The position numbers were made by a program, and so were the translations under genes. Below the pieces are notes generated by a model that saw only the letters and a program-made list of their open reading frames with translations, made no database searches and had not been told where the DNA came from. A DNA stretch of 63,773 bases, filler included, from Sphacelaria rigidula (Eukaryota): assembly GCA_964200075.2 (NCBI GenBank). It is 7 parts of 7 records of this genome, joined end to end, with 100 filler letters (N's around TTAATTAATTAA, not from the genome) between each part and the next. Parts side by side here need not be neighbours in the genome. Positions count along the whole stretch, not along the records: positions 9,127 to 18,152 come from CAXNAA020009480.1; positions 18,253 to 27,277 come from CAXNAA020009481.1; 5 more parts are not named here. One strand, written 5' to 3'. Below, piece by piece: positions 12,959 through 25,441 of this stretch; the first letter of the stretch is position 1; each line of letters starts with the position of its first letter.

Positions 12959-15500
12959 ATGGCTCAAGCGGCGGCAGCGCCGCTGGTGTTAGGTGAGCCA
13001 TTACAGCCGCCAAAGTATGGTGAAGTATGGCCCGAGGAAGCATCACGCGTGTTTTTTGCAAGATACGTTGAATACATACAGCGGTGGAGTCTAGCAAATG
13101 CAGAAGGAATCATACGGCATGGAAGAGTAAGCATAGGGCAACTCATTCCCGTCTACATTCACCGCTGCTTCGAAGACATGTACAAGGACCTGTCGGGCTA
13201 TGACCCCCGATGACTTGCTTTATGCTGTGAAGCGGCAAGCCGGGTATACTACAACCGGTGGAAAATATGTCGCTACGCGGGCTGCAGCAGACCTGCGTAG
13301 GGTACTTACAATGAAGCAAAGCGATGGAAAGTCCGTGAAGGATCGTGTTATGATGGTTAGTTCAGATATGGAACGTTTTATTTGCAGAAAATCTGATGGT
13401 GCAAGCCATGTACCGTGCGGAGGACAGGAGTTGGTTGACAGGCCCGGCCGAGTCGGTTTGCATAGCTTTGGTAGACGGGATTTCGCCTCCGGAATTCAAG
13501 GCGTATGTTAGAAGTGTACTAACGTATGTTGACGGCTGGAAAAAGAACCCGACGGTGGTCTTCAAAATACTATTTGAGGCGGCTGACCAGTGGAAGTTCA
13601 TTGAAGCACATGGCCGGCGTGATCCTGCAACAAGTGCAGGTGGTATGCGTCGCAAACAACAACAGCAACAGAAACAGCGGCCGCCTTCGCGAGAGTCGTC
13701 CATTCGCCCGTGTTATAACTGCGGCGACACCGGAGATATGATCAAGGACTGCCCCCAAGCTTTGCGCTCAAGGCGCGGCACAGGGCAATGCACGAGATTT
13801 ATCAGGATCTCGGGACGGTCGTCACGGTGGACGGGGCCGTGCCAATCAGGGACACGGGCGCGGCGGCCGCGGTAGCAAGCAATCGGCGGCGGATGGTGGT
13901 TCCTCCGCTGCTGTTTCTTCCACTACGTCATCAGGCCGTGACTCTGGATCTTATGGTTCGTCCGTAGCGGGGCGGACAGTGTACGTGGGAAATGCAAATA
14001 CTTCGGTGGAGAGTGCTGGAGCGAATAGCTCGCAACCTCTCGGCCAGGCAGGATCCGTGTCTGGTGCATTCCCTACTGCTGCGAAGGCTGTAACAGCGCC
14101 GCCTGCATATTCGGCGCCTTGATCTGGTTGAATCGAAGATTCGCAGCTATCGATGCCAAGTGCTGGAGGGCAGCCCTGGCGTCAGGTGGCTCTTGGGACA
14201 GAACAGGGTTCTTCGGCAAGCGTGATACCTGTCGATCGCAAGGCTGAATGCTTATGCGCAGATTTATCCTTGCCTGGTTATGTAGGCTAGTTCATGGCCC
14301 GCGTTATTCTGGGTTCTGGGTCCGCGCTAACGTCGATTGATGTGGGGTTGCTAGAACAAGTGTCTTCGCAGTTTGGCGGCGCTCAGCTTCAGATTCCGTT
14401 CGAAAAAGGATCGCAAACGGCGCAGACCGCGACGGGTGCTCCCGTGACGGTTACACACAAAACGGTGCCAATTACTGTTAGCGTGCGTACGCCGTGGGGG
14501 GCTGTTCGGTTGCAACCCATTACGTTCGCTGTCATGCCCGGTAGGGACAACGTACTTCTATTTGGGATTGATCTATATCCGCTGACGTTGGAGAAGTTGC
14601 ATCCGCGTGCTGTGCTGGTGCAAACCGGCGTGGAAAACCCCAGTTACCTTGCTGCAAGGCGTGTGATCGTATCCATACGGTCATTCCGGAGCGCCAATGA
14701 GGGGGAGGCTCCTGCTGATGAAGCGGTGGAGCGCTTGGTCGATCGGGGGCTGATCAGGTTTATGGACCCAGCAGAGGAGAGAGGTTCAAGAAAATGTGCG
14801 CTTGAGGATAGAGTGCGGCAGGCCGAGCAGAAGGGTCTGAGAGCCGATGGCTCACATTGTCTGTGCGATAATTTGGCTAGTCGCGTAAATGCATTTTGTC
14901 GTACGCTGCGTGGTGATCCGCCAGCGCGCGCGGAGCCGATGAGGGAGGCTGTGAAGGTCAAGTCTCGCCGCTGCGATCCGGTGAAGATCGTGTGGTTTGC
15001 TTCATGCATCGCAGTTTTGGTGGCATTTGGTTTGTTGGATAGAAATATTCGGGCTGTGTGAGCGAGTCCGGCGATGGCGGTGCCGAAGAGGGACACAGGC
15101 CGTTTGGTCAGCGACTATCAGGCGGTAAACGCGCAAGTGGAACAGTCTCCGGGGGCGATGTCAAGCCAAGAAGACATGCGGGAGTTGCTGGGAGCCCAGC
15201 AACAATATCGGAATGTCAGTGAACACATTCCTGGAAAGCGCATTTTGGGGAAGATTTGTTGTCTCGCTTGGTGAAGGTTTCTACCGTGCCTGTTCGTTCT
15301 ATTGCCGTGTACAGCCCGTGTGATGCCGATGATTCACTGCCATCCTTAGATGTCATTCGTACCACGCAGGGCAAAACAGTCGGCGACGGTGTTCATTACG
15401 ACTTTCGGTCAAGCTACTTTGGCTGACGATGGTTTGTTTTGATCGAATATACTCACACTCAATGATAGATACATGTAAACAGGCCTGGATGCGAGGGAAG
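12959..15500 (+). mobile_element. Decayed Ty3/gypsy LTR retrotransposon (gag, protease, truncated RT; frameshifted, internally deleted)
   Basis: Gag fragments with zinc knuckle CYNCGDTGDMIKDCP (~13710). Aspartic-protease-like ARVILGSGS (LDSG degenerate, ~14300). RT N-terminal motif ASPAMAVPK..RLVSDYQAVN (~15060-15130), then directly the RNase H end motif EHIPG. Multiple stops and frameshifts. Confidence 0.85.
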
Positions 15501-15558
15501 TGGATATTGTGATTGGATCATGACATATGACTGAAGGGCAAATAAGATATACAGTTCT

Positions 15559-15778
15559 GTTATCAAAGGTATACCCGATTTCTTGGTTGCAGAAAAAATC
15601 TGCTGAGAGGCACACGCCCAATCGCGTGGCCAAGGAATCAGGCTTTGGCGTGTTATTTTTGCATGAGTGGTTTTTCATGATTGAACACCGTCCCCTTTTT
15701 GGTAGTGCACTTTTTTGGTTTTTACGTTTTGGGTGGAGAGTATAATATAAATTTATCAACAAGGGAATCGATTCAACA
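15559..15778 (+). repeat. Putative 5' LTR of the copia element
   Basis: TGTT...AACA bounded segment with TATA-like TATAATATAA, lying between the gypsy remnant and the copia gag. No partner LTR in the contig to confirm it. Confidence 0.35.
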
Positions 15779-15900
15779 ACAGAGGTCCCAGGACCTTTCT
15801 CAAACGTAGACCCTTGCGCCGAGTAGGAAATTCACCCTTTACGCTAGCGATCAGGCTACGCTTCGCGCAGGAGACTTCAGGGTTTATTCAGCTATAAAAA

Positions 15901-18110
15901 GTGGACTTCGAAAATCAAGTAGACGACATCATCGTGAAGATGCAAGACGCCGACCCAGACGCGGCGAGGGAGATACTATCAGGATATATCCAGGAGCAAG
16001 CGAAACAGATACAAGACCTGCGACAACAAAGTCAACAACAGGAAGAGGATCCAAGCCTGGGAGCGCGCGCGTCAGCAACAAGAGCTACGGCCCCCCAGCA
16101 GCGCATTCAACCTACGACTACGACAGCAGCATTTTAAGACGCACGCCTGAACACACAGGATCAAGCCCAGATGGTACAGCCTGGCATATTAATGATACGT
16201 TCACATAACAATATTGCAGCGTGGGATGGTACGGCAAAGAGTGGTGAGGAAGTAAGAGAAAAGTTCGTGGTTTTCAAGCTACAGATGACAGCGTATTTTA
16301 GACAGGAGCTCTGCGAAGAGGCTCTTTACACAACTTTCCCCATTAGGGTGCATTTTGATACTGAGCGGTATTTAATCGAGAGATTCGGGAGCGAGTTGGT
16401 AGGGAAGGGCAGTAAAGCATGGAGTATACTTGTCGAAAAAATTACCTACGCTCCGCTTGTTCAATAACTTGTAAGACGGGGAAAGCCCAGCGAGGGATGG
16501 AGGTACATTGTAGACTACTACAACGTTTCTCCAACCACCGAGAAGGCACAGTTGGATCATCAATGGCAGACCCTCGATATGAACTTGGGAGAGGGCCCCC
16601 GCATGTTTCTCGATAGAGCAAAATTGATAAGGTACAACCGTGCTAGGCTTGGAGTCGTGATATCATATGCAGACGCCAACCGGCACTACATACGCCGCTT
16701 GTCAAGTGACTTAGAAATCGCCCGTGGTGTATTGCTTGCTATGGATGAAGTAACATCAGATACCCTGGAGCGCATGGTGATGACGGCGCATGGAGAGATG
16801 GAACTAGCCAGGAGCAGGGCAGGCAGGAATCAGGATGGGGTTCAGGGCCACACACTCGTCGCTGCTACTAGGGGTGGTGAAGGTGGGGGCGTGCTGCAAA
16901 ACGGACGACAAGAGGGCGGTGAGAGACGTCGGCAGCAGAGTGATGTTTTTTGTCATTTTCACAATACGACCCAGCACGACGACTCCGAATGCAACGCACA
17001 ACGATATATGCACGCACAAGAAAGTCGCGGTGATCGAGGTGCGCGAAATGGTGTTCGCCAGCAGCAATACTATAGTGCACACAGTTTTGGAGGTTCGTGG
17101 GGGTAGCGGACGCGGTAGAGTACACACCCAATCACCGCAGCTCACTCAGCAACAACAACAGCAGCAACAACGCCAGCAACCCCAGCAGCAGCAGCAGCAG
17201 CAAGTGAGACGTGGAGGACGGGGCGCAGGGCGTGGATCTGGTCACAGGTACGGTGCTTCGGGGCACGGCGGCGGGAATGCCCATCCAGGCAGCCAGCTAC
17301 CGTATTATGACCCGCCGCAAGGTGGGTATGACTACTCAGGTTATCCTAATGATTTCTACCGCCCCGTAGGCAACGAATTCCCAATTCACCACGCCGACCC
17401 CCGTAAACGATGCATCACATGCGACGAACTGGGCTACATGCATACCTTTGCCCATGGCGTAAAGTAGTCGGGCCGCAAGTCGATTCAGGGGCACATCATG
17501 TGAGTCCTACCCAGAATCAGCCTCGTCACGGAGGACACCAGCTCCCCCCTGGACCTATTCCTACGGATCGGTCAACACCGTGCAACTTTACCGTGACTAA
17601 GGGGGGTACGAAGCGATCAGTCACGCCGAACAACATTGGAACGGAACGGATGAAGACAGGTGAGTGTTGGAAGATAGCAGCGACTTCAGCGGTGCAGGTT
17701 ACGCGCACTGTATCCGGTTTCCCCGCAACCCCCCGCAATCCTCCGCAGCTGCCACCAACAACCAAATCCAGCTATCACCGCAACAAGGTGAACTTCAACT
17801 GCAACACCCTCACCAACTACACCAGCAGCAACAACCTCATCATGCCCAACCTGATTCCAATCTGCCTTCCTCCGGTTTAGCTTCATCCTCTGCGCCGCTT
17901 CACCTGTGCATGGCACACACTGTGTCCCAAGGCGAGTCACGTTTTGATTTGGGTGATTTTTCTACGGGGGTTGCTTTGCTTAACCAAAGTAGGTCGGGGT
18001 TTGATGTGGATGATGGTAGTACAGAGGAGTGGATAGCTGATAATGGTGCTTCACACCATTCCACTGCTTCAAAGGTTGGTATGTTTGATTTACGCAGCCC
18101 TCCCCTCACT
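15901..18110 (+). mobile_element. Decayed Ty1/copia LTR retrotransposon (gag to protease), truncated at contig end
   Basis: Copia-type gag fragments, knuckles CHFHNTTQHDDSEC and frameshifted CITCDELG/HAYLCP, Gln/Gly-rich linker, and copia protease motif EWIADNGASHHST (cf. WIxDSGASxHM) at ~18026-18064. Several stops and frameshifts. Confidence 0.85.
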
Positions 18111-18152
18111 CCCCCCACGCACACCATGCGGAACTTGCGACGACCAAACGCC

Positions 18153-18252
18153 NNNNNNNNNNNNNNNNNNNNNNNNNNNNNNNNNNNNNNNNNNNNTTAA
18201 TTAATTAANNNNNNNNNNNNNNNNNNNNNNNNNNNNNNNNNNNNNNNNNNNN
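18153..18252. other. Artificial contig linker
   Basis: N44-TTAATTAATTAA-N44. Confidence 0.99.
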
Positions 18253-19155
18253 TCGGTTGGCGGGGTGCCGGGGGCTCTGTGGTTGCTGTGGTTCCTTGAG
18301 CACGGCGGGGGGGGGGGGGGGGGGGGAAGTATGGCGGGGACAAGACAAGTGTGGGCTCGTATCAAGTTAGTTTGGATCGCACATGTAGACCACAACATTC
18401 ATTGTGCAAGTGTGACAAAAGCCACAGCATTGGCTGATGATGATGATGGTATTGGTACGGGATCCTTCGGGAGGCCAACCGCCTACCGCGGAAACCGAGC
18501 ACATAAACTATGCAATTTTTTCTCGATGAATTGACTAAAGGTCAGAAAATGATACGATGCAATGTCATCGAGTCAAGTCCGATCACTCACGTACTCAAGC
18601 TATCAAGCACCGGCAAATGCTTGCACTGATCGTCACCTCCTCAGGAGTGCCTTCATGTAGGTTCGAATTCAACCCCTTGGGCGTCAGATGCACAGACGCA
18701 CCGCTGGTAGAATGTCAAACGGATTGGTTTGGTTCAGGTAAAACACTTTTACAAAAGTCGGGGGTTCGAGACCATTGATGAAGGATACTGTATGATTTCA
18801 TTACGGGAAGCACCCATTTACAGTGTGGAGCTTGTGAGCTTTGGCGTCGGGAGTCACCAGCGTTCAAGGCTAACGGGCGATATTGTTTTGAAAGGTCTGG
18901 CGTCCAAGGAATTGAAACGGATATCACAGCCAAAATCCATCGTGTGGTGCTCGGAAAACACTGCATGTTGTATTGGTTGGCTGCTAAACGGCATGCCAGA
19001 GCATGGCCCGCAGGGTGTAGATTGTAATTAGGTCAGTCCCTCCAACCCTCAAAATTGCAACCGAGAGCAACACATACCACCGGAAGCCAAACGAAACTCC
19101 ATATCGTCAACCCACCCGTAGTACTGCTGTACACAGCACGCAGCACGCAACACAC

Positions 19156-19461
19156 CTCACGAGGTAGGCCAGACTTGGAAAACAGGGCATGTGTTTCCTG
19201 CCCGGTGATGAAGCCGTCCTGATCCGTATCGTACCTCGGAAACAAGCTCTGGTATTTCAGTCGCTCCTGGGGAGTCATCGCATATGGGTCTACTGGTGGG
19301 AAACCGTCGTGCACCGTTGATGTGTCAGCCGAGCCGACTGCTATTCCCTTCGAGAGCATCCCTGCTGGTGGTGAGGGCAGCCCCTGCATTCTCGGCATTG
19401 GGAGGAGAGCTGCGCTGTCCACCTTTAGTCGTTCGGCGGAAATTGGCGTTCCTGCGGAACT
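19156..19461 (-). CDS. Internal exon of an EH (Eps15-homology) domain protein (Eps15/intersectin-like)
   Basis: PYAMTPQERLKYQSLFPRYDTDQDGFITGQETHALFSKSGLPRE is a typical EH-domain first half with an EF-hand loop. It is preceded by the tail of a previous EH domain (GTPISAERL..LPMPRMQG). Donor GAG|GTGTGT at 19156; acceptor at 19461 or 19451. Confidence 0.85.
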
Positions 19462-22400
19462 CTGGTGCGGAAACAAGCAGCGCAACAAGAGGCGGGCGAA
19501 ATAATCAATAATAATATCTGCTGCAGCAAAACTCTAAAGTTTTTGTCTAGTCCTACCGTCGCACCAACCGTGACTGGAGCGCGATTGATAGCGACTATCG
19601 TGCCCTCATCAGGAGGTGTAATTCGCCTCTTCATGGCCATCCTTTGTCCTCCGCTACGCTCGACATTCAAAAGTTTATTGAAGGGTACAGTCACCTTTGT
19701 CTGGTGTCTAGTATTACCCGTGCCTACTCGGGAAGACGCTTGTGATCAGCACTGACTCTCCTCGGTTGATTCGTTTGGCTTTCTTTAGCCCTAGCTTTGG
19801 GCTTGATATCAAGCAATCCAGAGGGGAGCTTAATATCTCCACAACACACACCAAATCAGACTCGTCTTGAAATACATACACAAGCTCAAGCATCGCCTTC
19901 GTCCTTCACTTAACATTACCGCTGCACTGTCCATGTTTCGTTTTCGGTCCTGCATATCTGGTGCGTGATTTTCGAGTTATCTTCAGCCCCATGCAATGGG
20001 AACTGATACCCCCACAACAGTCCACCCCTTTTTCGTTGACTTATCTGGGACTTTCAATAACCGTGGTACCGGAATTGTTTTACTTGTGATCTGTTGGTTG
20101 GGCGTGACACTTCTCGCCTTCTGCACCGAGCAGACCCCTTGACAGCGCATGGCCAGCTTCAAATCAATGAGCCGTAAATGAAGCCGGGTCCCATCTCTGG
20201 GTAACCAACCCCTTGAACGTTCCGAGCCCTACTTATGTGGACGCTAAACAGACAGGCATTTGAGTGAGATTCGGAATATTGAAGTTGCTTTTGGCAAAGA
20301 GAGAAGGCTAGAGTAGGCGGTTGCCACACTTATGCCGCGGGTCACAGTCGTGCACAAGCCGCGGCCAGCAGCATATTGCCGCCTCAATACGCAACACTCC
20401 TGCAAAGACCGCGTCTCGGCGGGCAAGAAAAAAAACTTCAGTGCAAAATTTTCCGAAGCTTGCCTGCACAAAATGACCACAACATGACCACAACATGACC
20501 TGTTTGAGTGCTCACGACAACATCCCGACGCACTTTTCTTCCAAGAGCGGTCTTCGCTACACTGGACGCAGGCCCACACAGGTCTGGGAATTTTCACGGA
20601 CAGCACAAGGACCGTTACTGAAACACGCTGCACCAACGCTGCATGTGGATAGACCAAAAAACACGTACAGATACCCGCAGCATAAGTGCATTGCAATTGG
20701 CCCTTTTTCATCCACACATAACTACATTTACTTCATGGCGATCACGGCAATCCGTCCAGTACTGGAGGAGGGGGAGGGAGCGTGTGCGTGCCAAGAACGT
20801 TGCCGAAATGCAATCCTGGACCGCTTGTGCGTGTTTTAGTTGGCAGGCGTCTGACCCATACAATCCTATTTCATTTCATTTTGGATCAATTCCATCCGAA
20901 TCAATGACTTCGTCGAATTTATTTGATCGGCTACGGCTCGAGTCAAAGTCCGATCCTGGGATAGTGGGCGGACAAATTGGTGTGTGGTTGTGCCCTACGT
21001 CAGTGTCACATCTCCGCATACATCGCCTTGTGCTTGCCACATTGTGCAACCCACGACACATTTTTTTTGGCGATAGCCTAGCTTCTTTTTTGTTGTCACG
21101 TAACAACAAGACTCATTGAAAAGGAGCCAGCAGCTGTGAATAAACTTCGAAACATTTTGGGGGGGAGGGGCGATATCGCGGCGACCAATCGCAGTACTTA
21201 TTTTGGAAATATTTCTGGAGGATGACCGTACTGTAGGCGTAATGGTCGCTGGTAGGCCTGATGGGCGCTACAACAAATTAGCGAGTTTTCTATTTCGGCC
21301 AAAAGGATTGAATCAGCCGAACACGGTTGAGCGGATGGGGCTGTGAGGCATTTCCCCGCTAAATATTCAAAACACAAAAGTCGGCCAAAATCGCCGTCTC
21401 TTCTCCAACTCTCAACCCCGCGGGCCCCACGAACCTCCGCTTGGATAGCGGGGGCTTGGAAGTGTGTCATCCTGTGCCCGTTTTGCTCGTTTGGCTATGG
21501 CCGATTGTGAAAAATGTCGTTCCCTAAACCTCAGATACACTAGCACGCGCGGCACACAGCACGTACACCCCCCACCATCAAAGAAGCTACTCCATTCACC
21601 TGTTCGGCAACAACGGTCTGTAGGCGCTGTTGGCGCGAGAACGGCTGCTGTTCTCTAGTGATTAAAACCTTCACGGTCCTGATGGTGACACGGTAATGCC
21701 TAACGACAAGGCAAAGTACAAGAAAATCTGTGACGCGAGGCATGCACTTTACAGTGGGCAACGATGACAATTACTTGGAGGCGCTTCCTCTACACAAGAA
21801 ATAAATACTTCAAACCTCAGGTGAAGAGAACAGATGAAAGCAACACATTGGCGCATGGGTGCCCAAGGGGTCAAAACACGACTGAGGAGCCAGCGGTCAT
21901 TGTCCATCAACGCCTACAACAACCATCCTCGAAAAAAATCGCGAAACTGGCAGCGGGCAACATCTAGGAACAGAGAACACCGACTTTTGACGGGTTCATG
22001 AGCGTTTGTAGGAACGGAGTCAACTGTGTGCTTCGGACTTCGTACTTTGTACGGAAATGTATTGGTCAGCATCATTGTTGAGCATGAGGAGAATAAAGGT
22101 CATGACATCGCGACTAAAGCCTTTCTTCACAACCAGCTCGACTGCTACCACGTCTGATATACGGTCTGCAACAGGACTTCTGGCATATCACCAACTGAAC
22201 GGCATTTCTTGCTATTAAAGGTGGGCCAAGAGTGCCTGGTATTGACGGGCAGCATTAGGCTCCGACTTATCGTGACAGGAAAAAGAAGAGAGCACAGTAA
22301 GTATGATCATTGGTCGCTGCGACACCTTCCCCCGTAGGAAAAGAAGCGGCGGCGCTTTTCTTTCGGCAGGGGCCCTTTTGTTCAATAATCATGTTGAAAT

Positions 22401-24019
22401 TTTCCAGGGCCCACTTGAGGGTCCACCTTGATCCCTTCACCGCGACGTTAGATCCATCTGGGTCATGCACTAGTTTTTCATGGCAATTCGACGCCGATTC
22501 AACTGATACCTATGCTGGCGGTCAGGAAGCGTCCCATCAAATGATTTTCCGATCCAACAAGAAAGTGCGGAGGAGTTGATTTGGTCGAATTCGTTTGTTT
22601 TGCGCGACTTGGATCCAAGCGAATTTGCGAGCTTTTGATGGAAACGAGAGAGTAGAATTCGTGAAGTGGCACCTGTTCGCTTGTAATCGGTACAGACAGT
22701 GCAGCATTGTCTGTACTGTCTTCAAACAGTGTGTCGGGGTGTGTGTGTTCGTACAGTAGGATCCGAAAAAAAAAATGGACAATGTGCAGTACAGACAGCG
22801 CGGGACTGTATGTACTCTCTGAAAAGAATGCGACGCGAAAAGGACTTGAATAGCATGCAGTTTTGTACCGCCTGCACTGCCCATGAGCGTATACAGAAGT
22901 CGGTTGCCCACCTCACCACGCAATTCCGTCACCGACCCTTACCATTTAAGATCTCAAGTTTTCGCCCACAAGAAGGAACGCATCATGCCAAGAAGGTGAT
23001 CTCGTCTCAGTTCCAAATTACTGCAGTGTATGTATCACTGTGCCCGTGTAGTGGTCTATTGTATACTGCAGAGTTGCCGTGTGACAGCTGAGACTGAATT
23101 GTGTGGGGCTTGCATAGTTTTGTGAGCAGGTGGTATCTGGCGTGGTGGTCTGCAAGATAGGACCCAAGTGTCCCTTTGTGACTTCCCGCCGAATGTTTTC
23201 GATCGAAAAAGCTAAGGCTGTGCCTGTCGAGACCAAAAACAGAAGCGGGAATAGGGACAGGCGTCCGAAATAATCCTGTTGATTAGTCGCCGCTCCCATA
23301 GACCCGCCTGGCGATCAATCAACATGCTGCTTTTGGATTTTTGCTCATTTTCCCGCTTCTTTGTTCTCGATAAGACACGGCGTAAGCTGTGGCTGTGGTA
23401 TATTTTGCCTTCCGACCGCGTTTAATAATAGTTTGAACCTGGTAGAAACATGAACGACGTGGATCTACTGGAAGTTTTCTTTTCCACGGCATTTTTCTGG
23501 ATCGATTTTTCTTTTCGTAAGACACGGCTTGAGACACGAGACACGAGACACGAGGCACGACCTCAAAGGGTTGACGAGAAAAAAAAACAGGCGGGAAGAG
23601 GAAGCGAGCAAGGCAGCTTGCCTGCCCAAAACGACCACTATAGGTCCTGAAGAGGGTCCACAAAACTAGCTTTCTGGGAAAAGCAGCGAATATTTCAGCA
23701 CAGGACGCAGTCGAAAACAGTTGTGGACATCCTAACAGGCGTTAACGAAACACGTGATGAAAGTACGTTACACCTTCACTACACAGCCCAAGAAAACACG
23801 CACAAACATACACGGCACAAGTGCAGCCCGCCTGGCGCTAGCTCTTGCTCATCTATAGGCCGTGCTTTCTCCTTGTTTCACAGCAATCCACGTGGTGTCG
23901 GAAGCGGGTCAGCCGTGTTTGTGCAACAAAACTTGCTCAAAATGGAGTCGTTGACCGTTTGTGGGTGTGTTAAACGGCGCCTGTCTGACAGAAACCATCG
24001 TGACTCGTTCTGTTCTAAC

Positions 24020-25441
24020 CAGGGTTGCATATCGGACCGAGAATAAAGTTCGATACGATATTCTTCGAATATCGACCCACAACACCCGATATCGATATTT
24101 TTGTCAATATTCCGAAAATGACACGATACGCATCGCGTATCGATATTCGATACGATATGGCTGTTTTGGTATGGCCGTAGTGTACAAGACCGAGTAGTAC
24201 ACTGGCACACTGACACCCTCACTCACTATTGTAGGGTCGCATGAGATACCACATCTCCTAGACAGATCATTAAAGCTCACTTACTCCTCGCCAGAAGCGA
24301 TGCCAGGGCCGAACTGGGCGGCGTTGCAACTATCTCGTCGAGAGAAAGTAATCGAGCTTTGAAAATCGCTCCTGAGGGTATGGTATCTTAAGCAATCTAC
24401 GGTAGTTTCCAGTGGATAGCAGTGGACACATGATGTACAGCAGCGGGTAGTGTGCAAATTCACATCACAGCAGCGGTGGCATGCGGTGATGCAGCTGTCT
24501 AATGAATATCTTCCGTCGTAGTGCAAGAGGTAGTTGATCACAGCGGGCCCGGTGTGGTATTGGTTATACTGTTTTTCATTTCTACGGCCACTATTCTGTG
24601 TGTTTCGATCGAATGAGCGCATTCCTCGACTCTGCACATTCATCAGAAAAGAACACATGTCAAACCTCGAACATGCACAAACTCAGATACGCGCTCTTTT
24701 TTTCAACGTTTTTCACTACCCCAGTAACAGGAAATGTCGGCGGCATGCTCCAAATTTCATTTCTTGGAATGCCAAGCAATACAGATTCGGATGTCACCAA
24801 CCAAGGAAAAACCATCAAGCTTGCAACAATTAGACTGTCCAGATTCATGGATGGAGAGGAAAATGAATCCAACACTCTTCAAATGTGAAGGAAAGGTGAA
24901 GCGACACTACCATTTCCTCACACTCCGAAGGAGAACTGTTTTTTACTGTTATCTGCAGCTTCGCAGTGATCGTGACCTCATATCTACTCCGCCACGCCAC
25001 CCGTATGTTGCTGTCGTTATACACCCTCGCTGAATCAAATCACCAAACCCACGAGGCACCGGCGGTTACTCTGTCGCCTCAATTCCTACGAATACATACT
25101 GCATCCATGATTTGCACACCGTGCGACCGCTCTACAGCAATACTCGTGGTGTGTGGTGTGTGCAGGTGACCTTGTATAGTTGCGGGGGGTGGGGCTGAAT
25201 CAACTGGGGGTCTGCTTTTCGTGGAATACTACCCCCCTACATTTCCTGTGACGACGGCTTCGAGATATTGACTTAATGTGACAAAAAAGGGGCCAAACAT
25301 CGAGCGTATCGATATTCGATATTGATCTTCAATATTGATACGTATCACATATATCGGTCTTCTACGCTCCGATACCGATACTGCGTATCGCCGATATTTA
25401 TCGACATCGTATCGATTATCGACATCCGATGTGCAACCCTG
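24020..25441. mobile_element. hAT-like non-autonomous element (~1.4 kb)
   Basis: Terminal inverted repeats (TIRs) CAGGGTTGCATATCGGA / TCCGATGTGCAACCCTG, with ATCGATA-rich subterminal repeats at both ends. Flanking 8-mers GTTCTAAC / GCTTTACC match 5/8 (decayed TSD). Confidence 0.75.

Noticed and set aside
12597..12975. Gypsy 5' LTR and PBS (..GACA|TGGCTCAAGCGG)
   Set aside because: Plausible TG..CA/TGG arrangement, but there is no second LTR or identifiable tRNA complement, and the TGG is also part of the gag ATG.
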